NCBI GenBank assembly: GCA_032718475.1
Contig: JAUCBJ010007338.1
Coordinates: forward strand, 1 to 64,000
Direction: 5' to 3'
Source: Nemertoderma westbladi
Taxonomy: Eukaryota > Animalia > Xenacoelomorpha
Length of the DNA: 64,000 nt
Shown here: piece by piece, positions 49,401 to 59,606 of the stretch
Layout of the letters: every line of letters starts with the position of its first letter
Position numbering within the stretch: the first letter of the stretch is position 1
The notes under the pieces: model-generated
What the model was told of the DNA's origin: nothing
Databases searched by the model: none
Seen by the model: the letters and a program-made list of their open reading frames with translations, nothing else
Program-made: the position numbers and the translations under genes

Positions 49401-52400
49401 TACTGATGAATTGTTTGACACCGAGGTGCCTTTGCATAGAGCCCCTGGAATTCTTTCTCTTGAAACAAGTGGGACAACTGATAAGGGTAGTGCCACAACA
49501 GCTGTTACAGATGGGATAATGCCACTGAGTAATGCCACAACAGTTGTTACAGATGGGACTACGCCGTTGGGTAATACCACAACATATGTTACAGATGGGA
49601 CAACGCCATTGAGTAGTGCCACAACAGCTGGAACAAATTGGACAACACCGCTGCGTAATGCCACAACAGATGTTACAGATGGGACAACGCCGCTGGGTAA
49701 TGCCACAACAGATGTTACAGATGGGACTACGCCGTTGGGTAATGCCATAACAGCTGTTACAGATGGGACAACGCCACTGGATGATGCCACAACAGCTGTT
49801 ACAGATGGGACAATGCCACTGGGTAATACCGAAACACCTGGTAAAGTTGGGACAATGCCACTGGATGATGCCACAACAGCTGTTACAGATGGGACTACGC
49901 CGTTGGGTAATGCCATAACAGCTGTTATAGATGGGACAACGCCACTGGGTGATGCCACAACAGCTGTTACAGATGGGACAATGCCAATGGGTAATACCGA
50001 AACACCTGGTAAAGATAGGACAATGCCACTGGGTGATGCCACAACAGCTGGTGAAGATGGGACAACTTCGCTTGATATTGCCACTACAGCTGGTTCAGTT
50101 GGCCTTTGTAATTCAGAATCCCACCAGAACCAAATAGAACATGACGAGGTTCTACAACATGCAAATACTGATCTATATGATTCTTCGAAATTCGACAATA
50201 CTCGTACTGAAGTTGATACAACAGTTGTTTCTGACAAATGTAAGTCTCCAGTCCGCCCCCTTGCAACATGGCATTCATATGCAGATGAATTTACCTCTAA
50301 AGATTCAAGAAAGGCTGTAGAAATTGAAAGTCGAGAAAGCGGCACTGGAGAACTATCGGGTAATTTTCGAATCCCCAAAAAGCAAAGTATCCAGCCTACA
50401 ACAGATGGCTGCAACGACAGGCCGAATGTATCTGAAACATCATCCCATTCCACTTCATTTTCGCAAAGTCATGTTTCTGCTCCGGCCTCACCGTGTCGTA
50501 AAGGTCATCTCCCATGGATTGATAAACATGGTCTGCATAGCTCTCCCCGTTCACATGCTCTCAAAGGTGATGCATTACTTACACTGAAAGGTGGTAAGTT
50601 GTCCGGCAAGGATAAAACCGCACCAAATAAGCCAGTTGGTATTGTTATTAAGCCATCATCATCGTCAACTGCACAGCCAATTGAATATGAAGAACCGAAA
50701 ACTTACAAGGAGTACCGCGAGCTCAAGGAGAAGGGTGTTCTCCCCACAAATCCAACAAAGGATAAAGGCGGAAAGCAAAGTGAAACTAAAAGTAAAAAAA
50801 CTGATGTTGATGGGAAACTACACTCAAGTATCAGTCCAAGCAAGCCGTTGGCCAAAGCAGAACAGGCTAAACAACATCATGAGCAGGGGGAACATCATGG
50901 AAAACATCGTCATGAACCGATTAAAACTCATGACATTGCAAAGCATAAACAAACTGAGGCTGAGTTGCGACACAATCACCGGTCTAATACTAAACTATAT
51001 AAATCGCATGAAGACTCATCCAGCACACAGACTGACCCCAGAATCGAATCTAATAAATTGCCTGGAGATATCGATTCATCCAATTCAAATTTAGATCCAT
51101 CCCACCGAGGTGAAAGGATGTTACACGATGGTAGTTGGAAGGACCAAACCTCTAGTGTTGAGGGTCATTCTGTACCAACTAAAGATGAAAAGCCAAGAAG
51201 AGAGAAAACTTTTGAAGAATTTCGTAAAGAACAATATATGGAGGCTGAGCGATGTGTTGTGAAGGATCCCCAGCAATTTATTCACTCAAAATATGGTGGA
51301 GAATATTCTCATCCGCATTTCTCTCAAAGGAATCCCCATCTACAACAACGCTACCCTCGCCAACGCAGTCCTAATACGTATCAAAGATATCCGCAGTATA
51401 ACCAAAACATCCGTAAACCTTACCCACAACACCATAGCCCAAACCTGCAGAAACCTTACCCACAAAATCGTAGCCCAAACCTGCAGAAACCTTACCCACA
51501 AAATCGTAGCCCAAACCTACAGAACGTACGTTTCCCCTACCGCAACCCAAATCTCCACCATAAAGTTCCCCCTTCCCACAGCCCAACTCTCCATTCACAC
51601 TTGCTACAACGCGGTCCCAACATACCATCCCGTTTCTCCCAACACAGTCCCAACTATTCGCCGCGGTTTTCATCCGGTGTCTCTCGCCCTGGTGACACCA
51701 GGGGGAACACGTGGTCTTCGCTCAACATTCCTACGTCAACAACCGCCAGACAATATCAGACCAAAGTCCCAACGGCAACCACTTCCTACCTGTCATATGC
51801 CACCCAAGTGGAAACAACATCCTACACAACCAAACCAGAGGAAGCCACGTCCTACACGTATACCAATCCCGATAAGTCGGATTATTCGCAGATTTCATAC
51901 GCTTCTTATTTCAGTCAAACTCCGCCCCCACAACAATCCTACTTAGCTACATACGCCTCTAGCGATAAGGACGCCGTGCCAGATAATACAACAACATCGT
52001 ATGCTAGTCTAATGGACCCGCTAACATACCAGCTGACCGGCGCAGCCATTCCCACGACCTACAGTGTGAGTAACGCGGTTCCCGCTACAGACAACCGAAC
52101 TTACCAAACTGCTTCCTACTTGGAGTCGCAGGCCCAAGAATCTTGTCTGTTGATGACGTCACAACTTCCCGCAGAGATTCCAACGTATCCGTCGGCTGTA
52201 GCCCCCGCAGCACCAGTACCGGCGGTGTCCACCGCATCATCCTACCTACTGCCCCCGCAACCGGTGCCCCCTGTCACCCCCCTAGACAGTCTGTACAATA
52301 ACGCTCAACAGGCCGCTCAAATGATAATCCAATCAACTATCCTAAACCAGAACATTCGTCAACTAGACCAGCACCTACAGTCAGTGCTGAAACTGAAACA

Positions 52401-52725
52401 GCAGGAGGCCTTGGTGTCTGGGGGGGTTGCCCAGGAGACACGAGACCCCGAGGTCCCCTCGACTGGTTACGGGGAACTCGACTCGACCCCCTGGATACCC
52501 GGTATCACGTGTCCCCCGCAGGAGGCGCAACGACCCATCACCCTCAGCCAGACGTTGATCCCGTTTGCCCAGGCTATCAGCGTGGGCGGGACGTTGCTCT
52601 CCTCTGTCACTGGCCACAGGTCCGATACCACACCCGTGGTCAGTGCGGGGTCCTCGGTCAGTTACCATGACGACGCCTCCTACCCGCCACCCCCGCCTCC
52701 ACCCCCACCTCGGGCGCCAAGATAA
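43477..52725 (+). CDS. DOT1L: Histone H3K79 methyltransferase DOT1L, single 3082-codon ORF
   Basis: N-terminal DOT1 domain ([73 protein letters not shown]), ALDLLH motif, coiled-coil region, long low-complexity C-terminus. No stop for 9.2 kb. Confidence 0.95.
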   Translation: [3082 protein letters not shown]

Positions 52726-53918
52726 CTCAGATGGTTCTAGAATAATAATAATATAATAGATAATTTTATTTCCACGTAGCATTGAAGTATATATAAATAT
52801 ACAATTTGTAATAATTTGGTGTTTTGGAAATGAAATTTTCTTAGTAGTAAAACTGTTTTATATTCAACTTTTTTTTATTTACTCAAATAGAATATGCGGT
52901 AAAACTTATTACCCTAACAAACATTAATAACGATTTAGCTATTTATGCCAAATAATTTATTTAGGTATTTTTCCTTCAACGACCACCTGAATAACTTTAA
53001 CTTTGTTAAATGTCTAGAACAATATGGGAACCATTAAAAATTATTAGAAAATTACAAAAAATAGCGATTAAATTTATCGAAAGCGAAGTACAAAGCTCTC
53101 ACTCTTATTGCAATCAAAATCATATCCATCTGAATTGTTTACGAAAAATGTTTGAATTTGCGTTTATTATCGTTAAATGTTTCCTATTTCGCCTTGGTGT
53201 ATATAACTAACTATATGTTATATTGTATTATTATATATAATATTAATATGTATTTTATTTTTATTATATTAATTAATACTTCTTCTCTGAAAATTAATAA
53301 TGTTAATTTGATGTTAATCTGAAAAAATACGTTTCCAACGGCAAAATCCAAGATATAACAGTTTCTCCAGTGTAATGTCTATTGATGGTGATCATATTTT
53401 AGCGCCACTAATATAATGCCGCCCCAAATTAGATGATTTGATACCAAAAAAATGATTTAGCACCAAATATATTTTTTTGTAGCACCAATTCACATCCCCC
53501 AATTTTGAATATCCCTCTCATCAAAAACAATTATTCACCCCCCCCCCCCCCCCCCCCCCCCCAAAAAAAAACAATTTATTCAGCCCCCCAAAAACAATTT
53601 ATTTATCCCACAAAAACAATAATTTATCCCCCAAAAATAATTATTCTTCCCCTAAAAACAATTATTCATACCTCAAAAAGTTTTCAATCTCCCTAAAATA
53701 ATTACTTGTCAACCAAAAACAATTCTTCCAACACCAAATATTTTATGGTAATTTTATTTAAAAATACAAATTCATTAATTATTTATTTACATAAATCAAA
53801 CAAAATGTTTAATCATCGTATACTAACGATCCTCGTACCAATAGTCTCTGTAAGTAAGAGTCTGTAACTGAGAGTCTGTAACTGAAGTCTGTAACTGAGA
53901 GTCTGTTTATTTTGGTAG

Positions 53919-54597
53919 AATACTTGAATATTTTGGGGGAATTGAATATGCATTTATTTTGGGGGAATATGTATTTATTTTAGGGGAATATGCATTTATT
54001 TTGGGGGAATATGCATTTATTTTGGGGGAATATTTTTCGAATTGATGGTTGCTACATAAGACTACTAAGGGCAGCCCTAAACATCAGCTGGAGACAACAC
54101 ATGACAAACGCCGAGCTTTATGGTACAATACCACCTGTATCAACCACCCTCCGTGAACGCAGATTAAGATTCAGTGGGCACTACTGCTGGCGAAGTAAAG
54201 ACGAGGTCATACCAGATCTACTTCTCTGGCAACCAACTCATGGAAAGCGTAGTCGTGGACGACCGGCCATAACATATATAGATCAACTTGAAAGGGATAC
54301 TGAACTTGGGAGAAACGAAATTGCGACAACTATGGAGAATCGGGAAGCCTGGAAGGATCTCATTTCCACTGTCCGAGTTCGCGCGACCTAGTAGTAGTAG
54401 TAGTAGTAGTTGGGGGAATATGCATTTATTTTGGGGGAATGTGTATTTATTTTGGGGGAATATGCATTTATTTTGGGGGAATATGCATTTATTTTGGGGG
54501 AATGTGTATTTATTTTGGGGGAATATGCATTTATTTTGGGGGAATATGCATTTATTTTGTGGGAATATCTATTTATTTTGGGGGATTATGTATTTAT
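53919..54597. repeat. 20-bp minisatellite (TTTTGGGGGAATATGCATTTA-like), interrupted by a LINE
   Basis: Units at about 53919-54033 and 54410-54597. Confidence 0.9.
54034..54409 (+). mobile_element. 3' fragment of an RTE-like LINE with (TAG)n tail (different subfamily from the 13 kb copy)
   Basis: IDGCYIRLLRAALNISWRQHMTNAELYG..RERRLRFSGH..LLLWQPTHGKRSRGRP..YIDQL; (TAG)7 at 54389-54409. Confidence 0.88.
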
Positions 54598-54835
54598 TGT
54601 AATTTATTGTATTCGATGTTGAATAATTGTTTTTGGTGTTGAAAAATTTGTTTTGGTGTTGAGTAATTGTATTTGGGGTGACTTATTTTATTTGGTTTTG
54701 ATAATTTTTTTTGGGGGTAACATTGATTAAATTGGTGTTATATAATTTTTTGGTTAAATTTTCATCAATTTTGTGTAACTTTAATTGGTAGCCTATTTTT
54801 ACACCATGACTGGGGGGGGGGGGGGGGGGGGGGGC

Positions 54836-54990
54836 GTATTTACAAACCCCATACAGTCTCGACACTGGCAATGTAATTCAGCCTGAATAAAGGACCAATG
54901 AGAGACGATCAGTAATTGGAAGTCTAGTGCTGAGATGGTATGGGGTTTGGGAATACACCAAACCCCATACTATATCCCTCGGCACTTTAA
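54836..54990. repeat. Short inverted-repeat (hairpin) MITE-like sequence with a partial third copy
   Basis: GTATTTACAAACCCCATAC.GTCTC..CACT versus AGTGCTGAGATGGTATGGGGTTTGGGAATAC, followed by CAAACCCCATAC..CTCGGCACT. Confidence 0.55.
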
Positions 54991-55026
54991 TGTGGTACTT
55001 TACAGTGCTGCTTACTTCATGTTTTT

Positions 55027-55275
55027 TAGGTCCACGTAGCAAGACCTCTAGAATTCACTCTGTTGTTGACTTCGGTGTTGGTGTTGTAATTTCCAGTTGG
55101 GTTTACAAGGCTTCATACGGCGCAGTGGCGTTGGACGTAGAATCTCTTCCAAAGAGTTCCGAGTACATTCCCCCCTTTCCGCTGAAATTTTTTGGTAGTA
55201 AGATTTCGTATTAAGCCAATCAAGGAGACAGTTCATACGTTAGTAGACGCGGACCTTTGCGCGTTGTCGCGCTTG
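55027..55275 (+). mobile_element. Dispersed element with tRNA-like module (copy 2), carrying a single monomer of the 40-bp unit
   Basis: TAGGTCCACGTAGCAAGACCTCTAGAATTCACTC..AATTTCCAGTT.GGTTT..AAGGCTTC.TACGGC.CAG..GGAGACAGTTCAT matches 14698-14950. Confidence 0.75.
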
Positions 55276-55720
55276 TCATCATAAAGTAGAAGCGGGTACC
55301 GGTATTTATTTATCGCAGAACAGTGACTGTAAATGGTGATTCTCGTCAGATATTAATTAAACCATTTCCATTAATTACGGTTAGTAAACCTTGTGTAATG
55401 CGATTCATCCGTATGTGAATGATGTTTAAAATGATCTCAATGCGTCTATACTTTATTTCTCTGGTGCGCCGATTTTTGCTTTATTGTTAATATTCTGGCG
55501 CAATTCCTCGTTAAGTGTCAAAAATGTAAATGCAAAATCAATAATAATTATTATTCTACCTGTCAGCTTGTTTTCAGGGTAATTAATAAAAATTTATAAA
55601 TAGAAAATCAATATAAATTTAAGAAAAATATTGAAAGTAATTAATTAAAATATACCCTCTTTATTATTATTACATTATACATGCTAATCTAAACCCCAAT
55701 TCGTGTTTCAGTCTGCACAG

Positions 55721-58113
55721 CCCATTGCCCACACACTTCCCCCCACGCCCATTGCACACACACTTCCCCCCACGCCCATTGCACACACACTTCCCCCACG
55801 CCCATTGCCCACACACTTCCCCCCACGCCCATTGCACACACACTTCCCCCCACGCCCATTGCACACACACTTCCCCCACGCCCATTGCCCACACACTTCC
55901 CCCCACGCCCATTGCCCACTCACTTCCCCCCACGCCCATTGCCCACACACTTCCCCCCACGCCCATTGCCCACACACTTCCCCCCACGCCCATTGCACAC
56001 ACACTTCCCCCACGCCCATTGCCCACACACTTCCCCCCACGCCCATTGCCCACTCACTTCCCCCCACGCCCATTGCCCACACACTTCCCCCCACGCCCAT
56101 TGCCCACACACTTCCCCCCACGCCCATTGCCCACACACTTCCCCCCACGCCCATTGCCCACGCACTTCCCCCCACGCCCATTGCCCACACACTTCCCCCC
56201 ACGCCCATTGCCCACACACTTCCCCCCACGCCCATTGCCCACGCACTTCCCCCCACGCCCATTGCCCACGCACTTCCCACCACTCCCATTGCCCACACAC
56301 TTCCCCCCACTCCCATTGCCCACACACTTCCCCCCTCGCCCATTGCCCACACACTTCCCCCCACGCCCATTGCACACACACTTCCCCCCACGCCCATTGC
56401 CCACACACTTCCCCCCACGCCCATTGCCCACACACTTCCCCTCACGCCCATTGCCCACACACTTCCCCCCACGCCCATTGCACACACACTTCCCCCCACG
56501 CCCATTGCCCACACACTTCCCCCCACGCCCATTGCCCACACACTTCCCCCCACTCCCATTGCCCACACACTTCCCCCCACGCCCATTGCACACACACTTC
56601 CCCCCACGCCCATTGCACACACACTTCCCCCACGCCCATTGCCCACACACTTCCCCCCACGCCCATTGCCCACTCACTTCCCCCCACGCCCATTGCCCAC
56701 ACACTTCCCCCCACGCCCATTGCCCACACACTTCCCCCCACGCCCATTGCCCACACACTTCCCCCCACGCCCATTGCCCACGCACTTCCCCCCACGCCCA
56801 TTGCCCACACACTTCCCCCCACGCCCATTGCCCACACACTTCCCCCCACGCCCATTGCCCACGCACTTCCCACCACGCCCATTGCCCACGCACTTCCCAC
56901 CACTCCCATTGCCCACACACTTCCCCCCACTCCCATTGCCCACACACTTCCCCCCTCGCCCATTGCCCACACACTTTCCCCCACGCCCATTGCCCACACA
57001 CTTCCCCCCACGCCCATTGCACACACACTTCCCCCCACGCCCATTGCCCACACACTTCCCCCCACGCCCATTGCCCACACACTTCCCCTCACGCCCATTG
57101 CCCACACACTTCCCCCCATGCCCATTGCCCACACACTTCCCCCCACTCCCATTGCCCACACACTTCCCCCCTCGCCCATTGCCCACACACTTCCCCCCAC
57201 GCCCATTGCACACACACTTCCCCCCACGCCCATTGCCCACACACTTCCCCCCACGCCCATTGCCCACACACTTCCCCCCACGCCCATTGCCCACACACTT
57301 CCCCCCACGCCCATTGCCCACACACTTTCCCCCACGCCCATTGCCCACACACTTCCCCCCACGCCCATTGCCCACGCACTTCCCCCCACGCCCATTGCCC
57401 TCGCACTTCCCCCCACTCCCATTGCACACACACTTCCCCCCACGCCCATTGCCCACACACTTCCCCCCACGCCCATTGCCCACACACTTCCCCCCACGCC
57501 CATTGCACACACACTTCCCCCCACGCCCATTGCCCACACACTTCCCCCCTCGCCCATTGCCCACACACTTCTCCCCACGCCCATTGCCCACACACTTCCC
57601 CCCACGCCCATTGCCCACACACTTCCCCCCTCGCCCATTGCCCACACACTTCCCCCCACGCCCATTGCACACACACTTCCCCCCACGCCCATTGCCCACA
57701 CACTTCCCCCCACGCCCATTGCCCACACACTTCCCCCCACGCCCATTGCCCACACACTTCCCCCCACGCCCATTGCCCACACACTTCCCCCCACGCCCAT
57801 TGCCCACGCACTTCCCCCCACGCCCATTGCCCACGCACTTCCCCCCACTCCCATTGCCCACACACTTTCCCCCACGCCCATTGCCCACACACTTCCCCCC
57901 ACGCCCATTGCCCACACACTTCCCCCCACGCCCATTGCACACACACACTTCCCCCCACGCCCATTGCCCACACACTTCCCCCCTCGCCCATTGCCCACAC
58001 ACTTCCCCCCACGCCCATTGCCCACACACTTCCCCCCACGCCCATTGCCCACACACTTCCCCCCCACGCCCATTGCCCACACACTTCCCCCCACGCCCAT
58101 TGCCCACACACTT
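55721..58113. repeat. 27-bp C-rich tandem satellite (CCCATTGCCCACACACTTCCCCCCACG), ~88 copies
   Basis: 27-bp period with occasional 26/28-bp variants; all long ORFs here are repeat translations. Confidence 0.97.
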
Positions 58114-58999
58114 GTAGTTGTCATCCGGCATACTTCGACACAAAATCGTGGTACATATTATTTATTTAGGAAAAAACCTTATTAACGAAAGTACAAAAAC
58201 GAAACAAAAAACTAATTTATCATACAGCATAATAGTTGGAAAAATAGCGCAACAGCTGTTAGTATCACCGTCGTTTCCTTAGCAACACTTCACTATTCTC
58301 TAAAATATTTTTTCCTCATTCGTTCAAGATTACAAGCAGTTTAACCTCAACAGTCAATCGGTATTGTGGTTGTTAAGCTTCCATAGAAACTGATGTACTC
58401 CATAGAAACGGGTCATTATTTAAATTTGCACAATGTGTCAAAGTGCACAAAACAGATTTGTATATTATGAGTGAACTATATGAACCGAAACACCCTTAAA
58501 ATATGTAATCCGGCCTTAAATTTTCAGTTGTGCCAAAAACAGGTATATGTGGCTGGTTGCCAGAATATTTGTTTAAACTCTTAATTCAAAACCGCAAAGA
58601 TAAATACATAACGCATATCAACGAATTTGGAGATTATTCATTAATATTTGTTATGTAGTGAAAGTGAAGGGCAGGATGGGGGGGGGGGGGGGGGGGGGTG
58701 TCTTGTGATGTCAGTTTAACGTATGGGCAAAGGGAAATGAACTTGCATGGATCTTTGTACCCTCTCAGTTCGGAAACATAGGCCTGTTCGAGAGAATGTG
58801 GTTGCTAGCTGATAGTACATAAGGTGGAGTTAGGTTATTTACTTAACGATTTATTTATAGTTAAGAAATAACATCCTGTTGATAAGTATTTCCATCCGAA
58901 TGTGTGGACAGTAAAAGATATGAAAATATTAAATCATACTTCATTATTTGGTTTGGAAGTATCATATTTACCTTTTTTTATTTAATATATTACATAATT

Positions 59000-59269
59000 A
59001 TGAAGTATATTACCACTTACACATCGATACAACAGCTGCTATTGGTGCTGACTATGTTACTAACGCCGTCATTGATGGCGGCAACGTTTCCAGCGTTACA
59101 TAAGCTGCGAATGAGCGCATCCGATCCCGGGACGCAAGCCGTCGCCGTAACAGATCTGATACAAAGATTGATACCCAAACAGGCGAATAGTTTTGTGGTT
59201 AAAGTCGACCCAGGAATTGCTGAATCACCTCACTTAGATACATTCGAAGTATCCACTTCCGCAGGAAAG
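59000..59269 (+). CDS. NAGLU: Alpha-N-acetylglucosaminidase (GH89), exon 1: signal peptide and N-terminal domain
   Basis: ATG 59000, hydrophobic leader, Q..AV..LI.RLIP...SF.V.V...DTFEV pattern; donor AAG|GTAGAT in phase 0. Confidence 0.82.
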
Positions 59270-59349
59270 GTAGATAACACATTCATTCATGACCTGATAA
59301 TAAATCAGATCAGATATTTAAAATAAAAGTAGGATTTGAATTAAACATT

Positions 59350-59606
59350 CATCTAAGCGCGAAAGTCGCAAATCACAAAGGTCCGCGTCTACTAACGCAT
59401 GAACTGTCTCCTTAAATGGCTTACTACTGTACCAATCTTACAACAACAAAAACATTCACCGGAATATGGGATTGAACTCGTACCTAGAGATTCCAAGTCC
59501 TACGCTCTGTTAACTAAGCCACTGGGGCCGTATCAATCCTTAATACCAAAACCTAACGAGAAATTAACAACAAGGGAGTGAATACTAGAGGTCTCGCTAC
59601 GCGGAC
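59350..59606 (-). mobile_element. Dispersed element with tRNA-like module (copy 3), in the NAGLU intron
   Basis: Reverse complement reads GTCCGCGTAGCGAGACCTCTAGTATTCACTCC...TGGCTTAGTTAACAGAGCGTAGGACTTGGAATCTCTAGGTACGAGTTCAATCCC...GGAGACAGTTCATGCGTTAGTAGACGCGGACC. Confidence 0.78.

Noticed and set aside
44041-52782. Antisense and alternate-frame ORFs overlapping DOT1L (similar ones overlap ZFYVE1 and NAGLU)
   Set aside because: Shadow ORFs of real coding sequence with no independent motifs.
55670-58185. Long Pro/His-rich and Gly-rich ORFs (extensin-like)
   Set aside because: Open in all six frames because the 27-bp unit lacks stops; no unique coding flanks or splice evidence.
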